Below are positions 25,074-35,542 of a DNA stretch of 64,000 nt, one piece after another. The stretch spans positions 37,929-101,928 of the forward strand of contig CAZMBY010000001.1 of the NCBI GenBank assembly GCA_964564925.1, written 5' to 3'. The stretch is from an uncultured Methanosarcinales archaeon. Lineage in GTDB: Archaea > Nanobdellota > Nanobdellia > Woesearchaeales > GW2011-AR4. The position numbers and the translations under genes are program-made. The notes under the pieces are model-generated. The model was not told the origin of the DNA, did no database searches, and was given only the letters and a program-made list of their open reading frames with translations. Every line of letters begins with the position of its first letter. Positions within the stretch are counted from its first letter, which is position 1.

Positions 25074-25703
25074 TTGCGGCTGCAATACGAAAAGTTTATA
25101 TTTAGAGTGATAGAGTTCATGCTTAAAAAAGTGGTGGAGATGCTCGAATTTAAAGAAACTTTTGATAATGAGGTTAAAAGCCTAAAGGACTACATACTTC
25201 TTATAACAGTTGATGCAAAAAATTACCAAAAAACAGCTATCGATATTGTCAGGTCCTTAATAAATGAGCAGAATGTCCCGGGCGTTTATGTGACATTGAA
25301 TAAGCCATACGAAATAGCCCAGAGATTGCTTTTGGGCAATGGAATAGACCCCAGGCTGATCATCTTTATAGATGCTGCAACCAGAGCAGAAATCCCAAAG
25401 AAAGTTGAAAATTGCCTGTACATCGGAAGCCCGGAAAAATTAAGTGACATGTCTGTTGCTATGGACCAGGCTGTCAAGGCATTAACTACTGAAGAAAAAT
25501 TCTTGATTTTTGACTCCTTAAACACATTGGCTATCTTTAACAAGCCTGCAACTGTGGCCCGCTTCATATATTTTTTGACGGCAAAAATGCGGGAATGGAG
25601 GGTAAAAGGGATAGTGATCACGCTTGAAAAGGAGACTGACCAAGTGATTCTTGACCAACTTACACAGTCATCTGATTTTAGGATTGACATAGGAGGTGAC
25701 TAA
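25074..25703 (+). CDS. Degenerate KaiC/RecA-like domain protein lacking Walker A (pseudo-ATPase)
   Basis: Same fold cues (..VYVTLNKPYEIAQRLL..IIFIDAAT..FLIFDSLNTLAIFNK..) but no GxxGxGKT. Divergently arranged with the KaiC-like gene. An alternative start is at the internal Met (MLKKVVEM). Confidence 0.45.
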   Translation: MRLQYEKFIFRVIEFMLKKVVEMLEFKETFDNEVKSLKDYILLITVDAKNYQKTAIDIVRSLINEQNVPGVYVTLNKPYEIAQRLLLGNGIDPRLIIFIDAATRAEIPKKVENCLYIGSPEKLSDMSVAMDQAVKALTTEEKFLIFDSLNTLAIFNKPATVARFIYFLTAKMREWRVKGIVITLEKETDQVILDQLTQSSDFRIDIGGD

Positions 25704-25705
25704 GA

Positions 25706-26113
25706 GTGGCGTATTTAGTCATAGTCAGCGTAACAACTGTGATATTCGGGATTGCATCGCTTTTGCTGATTTCAAAAGCAAGAAGCAGGCTAAGTGACGG
25801 GTCTATAAGGAGGTATTTGGATAATTTTGCCATATGCCTTGCATTTATGGTGATCTTTTCTGTATGGCAAAGTGCCAGAAATATTTTTGTTGACGGTGCA
25901 GCTGTCAGGGAGCATTCCCAGTATTTAACATACCCCGAGTACATATTTATCGTATTTGCCTATATAGCATTCATCATAGCATCATTCAGGGTAATCAAGA
26001 TAAGCCAGGAATTTGGATTCAAAGAAGATGGCAAGAGAATAGGCCATTTAATAGAAGAAAAAAGGGCTGTTAAAAAAATCGAAATCAAGAAGCGCATGGC
26101 TAAGAAAAAATAG
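25706..26113 (+). CDS. Small membrane protein (3 predicted TM helices) with basic C-terminus
   Basis: Hydrophobic stretches 'LVIVSVTTVIFGIASLLLI', 'LAFMVIFSVW' and 'IFIVFAYIAFIIASF'. Start codon overlaps the upstream gene. Confidence 0.45.
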   Translation: MAYLVIVSVTTVIFGIASLLLISKARSRLSDGSIRRYLDNFAICLAFMVIFSVWQSARNIFVDGAAVREHSQYLTYPEYIFIVFAYIAFIIASFRVIKISQEFGFKEDGKRIGHLIEEKRAVKKIEIKKRMAKKK

Positions 26114-26160
26114 GAATAGCCAAGCTTAAGAAAATCGCAATTGACTGGTATTCTAATAAA

Positions 26161-26571
26161 ATGGCGCATAAATCCCAAATTAGCGTAGAATACATGCTTG
26201 TTATAGGTTTCGCAACGCTGATGTCAATACCTTTGCTCATAATCTATTATACATATTACGCCGAGACAAATGATAGTGTGGCAGCTGGCCAAGCATTGCA
26301 GATAGCTAGAAAGGTGATTGATGCATCTGAATCGGTGTATTATCTTGGAAAGCCATCGCAAACAACTTTAAAGCTGAATTTTCCAAGCAATATCTTTTCA
26401 ACAAACCTGTCAAATAAAGAGGTTGTCTTCAAAATCAATACAAGAAATGGGGTGACTGACATTGTGCAGGTCTCTTCTGTGAATATGAGCGGAAGCCTGC
26501 CTAAAAGCCAAGGTGTCCATATTCTCACACTAAAAGCTGAAGACGGTTATGTTCAAATAACATCAAACTAA
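26161..26571 (+). CDS. Pilin-like protein with class III (type IV pilin-like) N-terminal signal/TM
   Basis: 'MAHKSQISVEYMLVIGFATLMSIPLLIIYY': a short basic N-terminus, then Q and a hydrophobic helix. ~136 aa. Confidence 0.5.
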   Translation: MAHKSQISVEYMLVIGFATLMSIPLLIIYYTYYAETNDSVAAGQALQIARKVIDASESVYYLGKPSQTTLKLNFPSNIFSTNLSNKEVVFKINTRNGVTDIVQVSSVNMSGSLPKSQGVHILTLKAEDGYVQITSN

Positions 26572-26578
26572 AAAAGAG

Positions 26579-26965
26579 GTGGCATTCATCAAGGCGCAAA
26601 TCAGTGCTGAATTTTCCATATTTATAGCTTTAGGCCTGCTGATTGCGATAGCATTCGAAATAGCTTCTTTAAATCAGTTAAATGCTTATCGGCTGCAGAA
26701 GGAAAATGAAGCGGTGAGGGATCTTGCGCTAAAGCTGCAAAAAGAGCTGCTTATAGCCGCTTCTGTCGAGGACGGCTACGTAAGGGTCTTTGAAGTGCCT
26801 GACAACCTTGATACAATAAACTATTCTATAACTACTCAAAACTCAACTCTTTTTGTCCAGTCAAAAAACGGTTTTCATTTTGTGGCAATCCCGAAAATAG
26901 TCGGCAATGTCACCAAAGGCACTAACCTGATAAACAAGACGGAGGGAGTGATTTATGTCAACTGA
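26579..26965 (+). CDS. Pilin-like protein with class III signal peptide (GTG start)
   Basis: 'M(V)AFIKAQISAEFSIFIALGLLIAIAF'. RBS 'aagaggtg' upstream; GTG initiation codon. Confidence 0.5.
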   Translation: MAFIKAQISAEFSIFIALGLLIAIAFEIASLNQLNAYRLQKENEAVRDLALKLQKELLIAASVEDGYVRVFEVPDNLDTINYSITTQNSTLFVQSKNGFHFVAIPKIVGNVTKGTNLINKTEGVIYVN

Positions 26966-27042
26966 TATTCTATGCAAAAAAGAGTTATTTTCAAATGGAA
27001 GAGCAGCAGTTGGAAATTGTTTAGTACACAAAGAGGTGTTAT

Positions 27043-28218
27043 ATGAATTCTAGGGCGCAAGCTTCTTACCTGGATTTTGCAATAGGCATGCTGCTTTTCA
27101 TAATCACATTAGTTGTTTACTACAGCTATACAAATAACATTCAGAAGGAAGAAAAAGATGTGCTAGATGTTATGCTTACCGAAGCTCAATCAATCTCCTC
27201 CTCATTGCTGCTGAGCGGATACCCGGAAGATTGGGACAACAATACTGTTGTGAGAATTGGAGTAGCCGATGATCAAAGGTTAAATGCAGGCAAGCTAAGG
27301 AGCTTCAAGAGATTAAATTATACCAGAACAAAACAAAGCTTTGGAACTCCTTATGAATACTTCGCCTATTTCGTCGGAAAAGATAATGCAGTACTTAACA
27401 TAAATGGAATTTGTGGTGTAGGCCACCCGCTTGTGAATTTGACTTATAAAACAAAAAGTGCATATTATTACCAGGACCCTTCAGATTCCTTCCTCAAGGA
27501 CTTCATGATCAATTCATTTAAGGCTGATTTGTATTTTGACGAAGACCCCGACGATACATATGATATAGATGGGCTGGCAAGCAATCTTACCAAATATGAC
27601 TTGGTTGTCATGGAACACCCAAAGCTGCAGCCATCTAAACTCGACCAGAATTACAGGGAGTTCAACAATTATACTGCAAGGGGTGGCAATTTAATAATAG
27701 GGGGCCTGTTAGTGGATGCTGCCTCTGGATTGGATCTTAATGGGATTACTTTTGACAAAAAAACCGGGCAGTCAGAGCCACAAAGAATAGCCGTTGTGAA
27801 CAACACTGATGTATTATTAGGCTTAGAAATAAATCAGACCATGACTTTCAACCAGTACTACTTTGTCTACAATGACACACCGCCAGTAATTGTTACCGAC
27901 CAAAGCGATGACGACTACAATCCAGTGCCTGCTGATAATTACGAGATATTAGCCGCATACAACAAAACACCAGAGGACGAGGCAATTGCAAAATGGCAGT
28001 ATGGCAATGGAACAGTGTATTTTTTCAGCGATTTCGACGTGATAAATTTTGACAGCAACTTCATAGAAATAATTGAAGATGTTGCTAAAGGCTTGGCTGG
28101 CGGCAACTGCATCTCTATAAATCTAACCGGGATTAATGTAAAGAACCTTGTGAAGACCGAGCGGTACTTGATATACGGGTCCGATATAGTCAAGATGGTG
28201 GTGTATGTATGGCAGTGA
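27043..28218 (+). CDS. Pilin-like N-terminus fused to a ~360-aa globular domain (minor pilin/pilus-associated protein)
   Basis: 'MNSRAQASYLDFAIGMLLFIITLVVYY' class III-like N-terminus. Overlaps the next gene by 10 nt. Confidence 0.5.
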   Translation: MNSRAQASYLDFAIGMLLFIITLVVYYSYTNNIQKEEKDVLDVMLTEAQSISSSLLLSGYPEDWDNNTVVRIGVADDQRLNAGKLRSFKRLNYTRTKQSFGTPYEYFAYFVGKDNAVLNINGICGVGHPLVNLTYKTKSAYYYQDPSDSFLKDFMINSFKADLYFDEDPDDTYDIDGLASNLTKYDLVVMEHPKLQPSKLDQNYREFNNYTARGGNLIIGGLLVDAASGLDLNGITFDKKTGQSEPQRIAVVNNTDVLLGLEINQTMTFNQYYFVYNDTPPVIVTDQSDDDYNPVPADNYEILAAYNKTPEDEAIAKWQYGNGTVYFFSDFDVINFDSNFIEIIEDVAKGLAGGNCISINLTGINVKNLVKTERYLIYGSDIVKMVVYVWQ

Positions 28219-31200
28219 AGAAAGGCATTTTTTTCACAATCGACAGCCTGCTTGCATCAGGAATTGTGATACTGACAGTTCTTCTTGTTTCAACATTTTA
28301 CATAAATGAGCATAAGAAAGTAAATGTAAGCTATGCCTCGCAGGATTTGGTCAGGGTTTTTTCCACTCTTAAAATAGGCGAGGTTGACAATGAGTATGTT
28401 GCGAGCCTTATTTCTTCAGGCGAGATTACAAATGTCAACTACACAATAATTGAGCAGATTGGCGACTTTTGGGCGCAAGACAGGATGGATTTGGCTCAAA
28501 AAATTGCGATTAATTTGACTCATGACTTGATCCCTGCAGCTTATGGGTTCAGCCTGCTTATTGACGAGGAGGAGATATATAGCAGAAATGTGCAATTAAG
28601 AAAAGCACTTGTTTCGTCAAGAAAGCTTGTGACAGGCATAACAAAGGCCCAGCCTACAGACGGATTCAGCGCAAGAGTGCTGCTCCAGGGAATCAAAAGC
28701 AAAAAAACAAATGCTTATGTTTACTTTGGCGGCTATGAGGGGGACGGAAATTTAACAAAAAAACTGACTCTTCCTAATGATGTAACTTCATTCGAAAGCG
28801 CGTATCTTGAAGTCGATGCTGGCGGAAATTTTACCTTGTATATTAATGGATTCGAATCTGGCGATTTCGTCAAGGGTTCAGCTGGCGGGGGGAGCCTATT
28901 GGCTGATAAGTGGAACTTAACAAGTAAAAATCTTACATTCTTCAAAGCAGGAGAAAACACTGTCACTTTAAATTTCACCTCAGACCAAAGTTATATTGCA
29001 GGAGGATTTCTTAAAGTGAAGTATGAAACTTCTTCGTTCAATGGGACTGAGGTGCCGGGATATGAAAAAAATTTGTTGCCGGGAATTGATGGGCTGATCA
29101 ATCTTTACTCTTCTGTTTATTTTCCAAGCAATTTAACTAACATGAGTGTGTACCTTCATTTTAAAAGCTCCAATCCTCTTTATTTGACGATAGGAAACAG
29201 CACAGTATTTGAGTATGGAGGATCTAACCAGATAGTGGAATTTACTCTGAATAGCAGTAATTTGTCAGAATCCATGAAAAGCAGCGCTTTGAGCTACGAT
29301 TTCCTAAAAGGAAAAACTGTCCCATTCAGGCTTGGATTGAGTAGCGGAATTCTTGCAGTTGGGGGGGCTGATTCCATACTGATCACAGACAGAACAAATA
29401 GCATGAGCAAATGCGATGTGCCTGCCAGCTGCTCGTTGTCAGGTTTATGCGACACAAACCCCAATGGGGGGTGCCACATGAGAAGAATTGATGCCGCTGC
29501 TGATAGTGACAGAAAATATATTGAAATTATGCTGAACGAAACAAAAAAAAACAATAAAGTCGGATTGGTGGGATTTGGCTTTGACACAAACCCTGTCTGT
29601 GACATTCGGGACTTTAGCCAAGACAACAGCTCATTAGCCAACTGGACAACATACTACAAGAGAAATGCCTGGTGCGGGAACACCTGCATCTCATGCGGCG
29701 TTTATTCCGCAACACAGATGTTGACAGAAAACGAGAAATTACATGGGTTTAATAAGATCACATTCAATGAGCCAAAGGAGTATAAGCTTGGAGTGAGCAA
29801 TTTCAATTCTGTCACAGTTTATGTCAATACAACATTCAATCCAAGCAATATTGTAAAAGCAAGGCTGTCAATTTTTGGCGATAAAGTTGATGTGGATAGC
29901 GGCCGCCAGGATTGCATATACTTCAATAATCGCTATATTGGGAGAATGTGTGAAACGAAAGGCGTAAAGCTAAGCTACCATACATGCCAGTATGTGATTA
30001 AGCCGGAATGGTTCAATACAGACGATTTGAGTAAAAACAACATAACAGTTACTGCCGGCACCAACTCAAACTGCTTTGGAGGGGCTGGAACAGAGGACAA
30101 TTGGAATTTAACTGATATAACCTTGATTGCATGGGAAGCTGATGAACCCCCAAGCATAATTTTCAATTCGACTTATGATAATGCCCAATATGCAGACGGC
30201 ATAGAGCTCAGCAAGACGCAAATAACAAATTCAACAACTTTCAACATAAGTAACGTGGTCTACATTGAAGAAAACAAAACTAAAATCAAGTCAGCCTGGT
30301 TAGAATTTGAGGCTGCAAATGGGAGCCTTGATAATTTCAATTGCGTGTACGTTAATGGGAATTTTATCGGAAGAGTTGATGCCCAGGAATGGAATTCGAC
30401 AAACAACAACAAATGGCAAAAGGTGATGTTTGATGTTCCAGATATTTTCCTGCGAAACGGCACAAATGAAGTAAACTTGACAAGCGGCACGTCTCAAAAC
30501 TGCAAGGGTTCAACTGGTAATACCCATGACAAGTGGCGCTTTAGGAATTTGAGCCTGACAGTTTTATGGTCAGATGCCAATTCAAAATATAACAGGCACA
30601 AGTCAATGCTCGTCATGAGCGATGGCATAGCAACCGAGGTGCTAGACAGAAGAAACGCCCAATATGCTGAAGCAAGGGATGAAGTTGTTGACAAGGCTTG
30701 CGAAGCACATAACCTCTTCAATATATCAATTTATACTGTAGCAATGGGTGATGCCGCTGACGCTCCAACACAGATGATGCAGGACGCTGCATGCTGTGAT
30801 AATTGCTCACATTATTATCGAGCAGAATCGCTTGATGAATTGCTAAATGTCTATGGGGAGATTGCAGCACTGTTGTCGAATGTAGCTTTTGAAGAAGGCT
30901 CTCAAACAGCGTTCTCCGGCTCCTTTTTTGAAAGGACGTCGTTGTTCCCGGACTCGTTCATCGATTTCAATTACACCTTGCCGGATTTTGAATTCAATAG
31001 GCTGCCTTTGGTTTTCGAAACAAACAGGTTCGGCAACGACATATCTTCCGGGCCATTAACAATATACCAAAACACCACATTTTCTGAAGGCAAGGTAACT
31101 TCTTATTCCAGTTCAATGTGGACTGACAAAGTGCTTGTGAACGGGACTTTAACATTCGATCTGGGAATATATGGGAATTACTCATCAAATGATCCAACAA

Positions 31201-31694
31201 TGACGAAGGTCTATAGAAACATCGGGGATCCGTTCACAGTGAATATACCTGCCAGTATGATTGATGAAGGAATTTATAATATTACTGTAAGCACAGGGAC
31301 AAACTCCTCAAACCCAACAAATGGCTCAGCGGATAACATGGTAATATACACGTTGCTCTTAAACACATTCACAGACTACAGCCCGGTTGTTGCAGAATCC
31401 GATGGCTGCTCCTGGACTGTGGAATTTCAGGATGGCACGTCATCATTAATCGACATTCCATTGGGCTATAACGGGCCCGATACCTGCAGCTTTACTGCAG
31501 CATTGAAAAAATACAGCTCGAATGATTCTGTGGAAACTGTGGTATTTCAGCTGTTCAAGAACCTCGACATAGACAAGGACGGCAGGCTTGACGTGAACAT
31601 TGACGCAAGCAGTCTGGAGGTCAACACCCTGACCATTTCAAAAGTGCCGTCTTTATGGGGACCTGCTGTTGTTGAAATCAGCGTATGGGAGTGA
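28209..31694 (+). CDS. 1161-aa pilin-like N-terminus protein containing a von Willebrand factor A (VWA) domain; candidate pilus-tip adhesin
   Basis: N-terminal 'MAVKKGIFFTIDSLLASGIVILTVLLV'. VWA/MIDAS-like motifs 'ILITDRTNSMSKCD' (DxTxS), 'MLVMSDGIATEV' and 'IYTVAMGDAAD' are separated by a large insertion. Many Cys and N-x-S/T sequons. Confidence 0.65.
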   Translation: MAVKKGIFFTIDSLLASGIVILTVLLVSTFYINEHKKVNVSYASQDLVRVFSTLKIGEVDNEYVASLISSGEITNVNYTIIEQIGDFWAQDRMDLAQKIAINLTHDLIPAAYGFSLLIDEEEIYSRNVQLRKALVSSRKLVTGITKAQPTDGFSARVLLQGIKSKKTNAYVYFGGYEGDGNLTKKLTLPNDVTSFESAYLEVDAGGNFTLYINGFESGDFVKGSAGGGSLLADKWNLTSKNLTFFKAGENTVTLNFTSDQSYIAGGFLKVKYETSSFNGTEVPGYEKNLLPGIDGLINLYSSVYFPSNLTNMSVYLHFKSSNPLYLTIGNSTVFEYGGSNQIVEFTLNSSNLSESMKSSALSYDFLKGKTVPFRLGLSSGILAVGGADSILITDRTNSMSKCDVPASCSLSGLCDTNPNGGCHMRRIDAAADSDRKYIEIMLNETKKNNKVGLVGFGFDTNPVCDIRDFSQDNSSLANWTTYYKRNAWCGNTCISCGVYSATQMLTENEKLHGFNKITFNEPKEYKLGVSNFNSVTVYVNTTFNPSNIVKARLSIFGDKVDVDSGRQDCIYFNNRYIGRMCETKGVKLSYHTCQYVIKPEWFNTDDLSKNNITVTAGTNSNCFGGAGTEDNWNLTDITLIAWEADEPPSIIFNSTYDNAQYADGIELSKTQITNSTTFNISNVVYIEENKTKIKSAWLEFEAANGSLDNFNCVYVNGNFIGRVDAQEWNSTNNNKWQKVMFDVPDIFLRNGTNEVNLTSGTSQNCKGSTGNTHDKWRFRNLSLTVLWSDANSKYNRHKSMLVMSDGIATEVLDRRNAQYAEARDEVVDKACEAHNLFNISIYTVAMGDAADAPTQMMQDAACCDNCSHYYRAESLDELLNVYGEIAALLSNVAFEEGSQTAFSGSFFERTSLFPDSFIDFNYTLPDFEFNRLPLVFETNRFGNDISSGPLTIYQNTTFSEGKVTSYSSSMWTDKVLVNGTLTFDLGIYGNYSSNDPTMTKVYRNIGDPFTVNIPASMIDEGIYNITVSTGTNSSNPTNGSADNMVIYTLLLNTFTDYSPVVAESDGCSWTVEFQDGTSSLIDIPLGYNGPDTCSFTAALKKYSSNDSVETVVFQLFKNLDIDKDGRLDVNIDASSLEVNTLTISKVPSLWGPAVVEISVWE

Positions 31695-31719
31695 AGGTAT
31701 AATGGAGTGAATATTTAGA

Positions 31720-32646
31720 ATGAACAAGAAAGCAATAATCTATACTGCTGCCGCAATAGCGCTGACCATTGTAATTGTTTTGACATACAGCTCTTATACT
31801 TCCTTCAGGTTAAATGAGAGAATGAGCCCTATACAGACAAGGATCGAGACAGTCAATTTCTTCATCAAGGATGTTGAAAACGATTTGGGAAAGGGAATTT
31901 TCATTGCCGGATTCAGGACGTTGCTCAGTCTCAACCAATTCATCGCCACAAATGGGACATTTATTGATGACGTAAATGAAAGGTTCAAAGAAGCCTTTCT
32001 CAACGGCACTATCAAAAATATTTCGTTCAGCTTAATGCAGGACTCCACTTTTACCGATTGGGCTGACAAGATTTCAGCTCAGGCAGATAAGGTTGATGTG
32101 ACATTTAATTATTCAATAAATGATATAAAATTGAACCAGAGTAGTCCGTGGTCTGTAGAGATTGGAGTCAATATAACTTTGGAGATAAGTGACAAGCGAA
32201 ATACAAGCTATTGGGTTAGGGACAGATTCCTGATTACAAAAATAAGCATAATAGACTTTGAAGATCCGCTTTATATAGTACATAGCGGTGGAAGAGTTAC
32301 AAATACCATAAGAATTTCAAATATCACAAAGTTTGTGGTTAACGGGGATGTTGAAAACCTTCTTGTGCATACTAATGAGTCATTTTATATTGTCCACAAC
32401 GACAGCCCAAGCTTCTTGATGAGATTGGAAGGCGAAATAGGGAATTCAAGTGCCGGCATAGAAAGCCTTGTTAACTTAGATGAATTTATCGGACAAGGCC
32501 TGCCAGTCAAGGACAGGAGCATAGTAGACTCCATATATTTTGGAACACAAAGTACGGTTAATTACAGGATTAACAAAACACCCGAATGGTTCAAAATTGA
32601 CCAGGACCATCTTGATATTTACCAGGTGACAAATATCACCATCTAA
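31720..32646 (+). CDS. Pilin-like N-terminus protein (308 aa), pilus-associated
   Basis: 'MNKKAIIYTAAAIALTIVIVLTY' followed by a beta-rich domain. Confidence 0.5.
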   Translation: MNKKAIIYTAAAIALTIVIVLTYSSYTSFRLNERMSPIQTRIETVNFFIKDVENDLGKGIFIAGFRTLLSLNQFIATNGTFIDDVNERFKEAFLNGTIKNISFSLMQDSTFTDWADKISAQADKVDVTFNYSINDIKLNQSSPWSVEIGVNITLEISDKRNTSYWVRDRFLITKISIIDFEDPLYIVHSGGRVTNTIRISNITKFVVNGDVENLLVHTNESFYIVHNDSPSFLMRLEGEIGNSSAGIESLVNLDEFIGQGLPVKDRSIVDSIYFGTQSTVNYRINKTPEWFKIDQDHLDIYQVTNITI

Positions 32647-32689
32647 AAACATAAGATTTTTATATGCATAAACAAAAAATTTTAACAAA

Positions 32690-33835
32690 ATGGAAATTGA
32701 AAGCAGCATAATAGAGACCGGTGTTGACAAGCTGGTAAGTTTGGTTAAAGTAAGAGGCAAAATAGCCCTGTCAGATGCTGCGAAAGAACTTGGAGTCAGC
32801 ACAACTGTAGTCCAGGAATGGGTCGATTTTCTCGAAGATGAGGGGATTATAAGCGTTGAGTACAAACTAACAAAGCCCTTCCTTGTAGAAAGGAAACTTA
32901 CTAAAAAAGAGGTTGATGCGAAGGCAAAGGAGTTTATAGGCAAAAAAGATGTTTTTGTTAGGAAAGCTGAAGTGAACCTTAGCTTTCTTGAAAAACAGGC
33001 AGACGAGCTAAGGAAAGTGAAAGAGGAATTTGAGAAATTAAAAAAAGACCTTGGCTTGGATCTTGGAACTCTAAAAGATGAGTTAAATGAGATTGAAAGG
33101 TATCAGCAGTTAAAGGAGGAAGTGCAAAAACAGGCGGAAGAGCAAAAGAAAGAGGCCCAATTGAGGATAGTCCAACTGGCAAAAGAGATTGAAAGAGAGC
33201 AAAAGAAATATCAGGAGTTTGTATCTGAAGTCAATATCGAAAGAGAACAATTGCTCAAAGAAAAGAAAGAAGCAGTTTCCATAGAGGAAAGCGAAGAAGC
33301 ATTAAACGCCAGATTGATTGAACTGAAAGACATGGTGGGCAAGCTGGAAAAAAAGCTTTCAGATGAAGGTGTCGCAGTAAAAAATTCAGAAGCGCATATA
33401 CAGAGGCTAAACCTCCTTATGGAAGAGGTAAAGCAACGCGTTGCAGAGGAAAAGGGGATAGTCGAGCCTTTAATAGAAAAAAATAAGGAGCAGGAACGAA
33501 AAATACTTGACCTTCAGGATCAAGTCCTGAAGAAGATAAGTGAAAATGAAAAAAGAGCGTCAAATGCCAAGGATCTGACAAAGAGATTTAAAGTTATTTT
33601 TGAGAAAAGAGTGGGTGCATTGGATTTGATTTACAAAGTGAACAAAGACCGTGATGAATTGGAAAAAAACCTTATGGAATTGATAAGGAAAGCCAAGTCT
33701 TTTCAGCTGACCATGAAAAAAGGAGATGTAAGCAAGGAAATGATTGAGCTGGAGAAAAAATTCAGCGAAGTTAACCAAAAAAAGAGCATTTTTGAAGAGG
33801 AGCTTAAGAAGCTAACATCATTTTTTAGGATGTAA
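32690..33835 (+). CDS. Winged-helix plus long coiled-coil protein (pilus/archaellum accessory, FlaC/D/E-like?)
   Basis: N-terminal 'KIALSDAAKELGVSTTVVQEWVDFLEDEGIISVEY' wHTH, then ~300 aa of heptad-rich K/E sequence. Confidence 0.5.
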   Translation: MEIESSIIETGVDKLVSLVKVRGKIALSDAAKELGVSTTVVQEWVDFLEDEGIISVEYKLTKPFLVERKLTKKEVDAKAKEFIGKKDVFVRKAEVNLSFLEKQADELRKVKEEFEKLKKDLGLDLGTLKDELNEIERYQQLKEEVQKQAEEQKKEAQLRIVQLAKEIEREQKKYQEFVSEVNIEREQLLKEKKEAVSIEESEEALNARLIELKDMVGKLEKKLSDEGVAVKNSEAHIQRLNLLMEEVKQRVAEEKGIVEPLIEKNKEQERKILDLQDQVLKKISENEKRASNAKDLTKRFKVIFEKRVGALDLIYKVNKDRDELEKNLMELIRKAKSFQLTMKKGDVSKEMIELEKKFSEVNQKKSIFEEELKKLTSFFRM

Positions 33836-33861
33836 ATTATTTATCAAAAGAGGTGTAGATT

Positions 33862-35541
33862 TTGTTTAAAAAATTCAGCTTGAATAGAAGTAAAGAGGAC
33901 AAAAAGATAACAACGGCTAAAGAGGAGCATATAAATGAGGAAAGCAAACCTCATGTAAAGGGTCAAGCAGTAAAATTAACGGGCCTGCCTCCAATTGAAA
34001 TAAAGCCGAAGGCTATTGAAAAAAAGCATGCGGATAAACAAGCACTTCATGCCAAGAAAGAAGATGCCAACTTGCTTGCAACATACAACTTTGTATCGGA
34101 CAACATACCCATCATCATCAATATTTACAAAAAAAAAGGCGAATTTGTCCCCATATATGAAGTTTCAATATCAAGCATAAGCAAAAATACTGAGATTATT
34201 CTTGAAAAGATCAGGGAAGAATTGACCACCCAAGTGAGTTTAGGCATGGTCGACATTCTTGCAACAAAGGACACAGGGATCGTTGAGCAGAGGTTCATGG
34301 AGGCAATAACCCTGTTGGTCAACAAGCATTTCCCAGATGCTGACGACCAAACGGTGAATTTCCTCAAATCTTACGTGATACAAAGGAGCCTTGGGCTGGG
34401 CAGCGTGGAAATTCTCATGGATGACAACAACCTTGAGGAGATAGCCATAAATAACGCAGACGAGCCGGTATGGGTCTATCACATCAAATTCGGCTGGCTT
34501 AAGACAAGTGTTATGCTGCAAAGTGAGGACCAGATAAGGCATTACGCCACGATGATTGGAAGAAGGGTAGGGAGGCAGATAACAATACTTGAGCCTTTGA
34601 TGGATGCCCATCTCAGGGGGGGCGATAGGGTGAATGCAACGCTTGAGCCGATTTCTGTCCAAGGAAATACAATTACTTTAAGAAAATTCGCAGCCAAGCC
34701 CTGGACGATTACTGACTTCATAAAAAGCAATGCAATCTCATCAGAAGCTGCTGCGCTAATATGGCTGGGGGTGCAATTCGAACTCTCAGCATTAATATCC
34801 GGCGGAACAGCGACTGGAAAAACCTCTATGCTGAATGTTGTCGCAAATTTCTTTCCCCCTAACCAAAGGATCATAAGCATAGAGGATACACGGGAGATAC
34901 AGCTCCCAAAATTCCTGCATTGGCTCCCAATGGTAACAAGGCTTCCAAATCCGGAAGGCAAAGGCGAGGTTTCAATGCTTGACTTGCTGGTTAACTCTTT
35001 AAGGATGAGGCCTGACAGGATTATAGTTGGGGAAATAAGAAGGAAAAGGGAAGCAGAGGTGCTTTTTGAAGCCATCCATACTGGCCATTCAGTTTATGCA
35101 ACTGTCCACGCAAATGACACTCAGGAGACGATAACCAGGCTGTCAAACCCGCCAATAGAGATTCCAAAAACAATGCTGCCTGCTATATCGATGATTGTTG
35201 TGCAGTATAGAAACAGAAGAACAGGCGTAAGAAAAACATTCCAAATAGCTGAAATTTTACCTGATTCCGAGCCTAATGTGCTTTTGCAATTGGATATAAG
35301 GCAAGGTGTTTTAAAAAAAATTGCAGAATCAAAAGCTTTGCTAGGCACAATTGAAATGTTCACAGGCTTTACAAGAAACGAATTGAAGGGCTCTTTGCAG
35401 GAGAAAGAGGATATTTTGAAATGGCTTGCAAAGAACAGCATTAACACTGTGGACACTGTAGGAAGAGTAATGGCTGAGTATTACACAAATAAGGACAATC
35501 TAATGAAATACGTCAAAAGCAACAGGATATTGGGCGACTAA
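33862..35541 (+). CDS. FlaI/ArlI-TadA-VirB11 family secretion ATPase (type IV pilus/archaellum assembly ATPase)
   Basis: Walker A 'ISGGTATGKTSMLN', Asp box 'IISIEDTREIQ', Walker B 'RPDRIIVGEIR', His box 'HTGHSVYATVHAN'. Confidence 0.85.
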   Translation: MFKKFSLNRSKEDKKITTAKEEHINEESKPHVKGQAVKLTGLPPIEIKPKAIEKKHADKQALHAKKEDANLLATYNFVSDNIPIIINIYKKKGEFVPIYEVSISSISKNTEIILEKIREELTTQVSLGMVDILATKDTGIVEQRFMEAITLLVNKHFPDADDQTVNFLKSYVIQRSLGLGSVEILMDDNNLEEIAINNADEPVWVYHIKFGWLKTSVMLQSEDQIRHYATMIGRRVGRQITILEPLMDAHLRGGDRVNATLEPISVQGNTITLRKFAAKPWTITDFIKSNAISSEAAALIWLGVQFELSALISGGTATGKTSMLNVVANFFPPNQRIISIEDTREIQLPKFLHWLPMVTRLPNPEGKGEVSMLDLLVNSLRMRPDRIIVGEIRRKREAEVLFEAIHTGHSVYATVHANDTQETITRLSNPPIEIPKTMLPAISMIVVQYRNRRTGVRKTFQIAEILPDSEPNVLLQLDIRQGVLKKIAESKALLGTIEMFTGFTRNELKGSLQEKEDILKWLAKNSINTVDTVGRVMAEYYTNKDNLMKYVKSNRILGD

Positions 35542-35542
35542 A

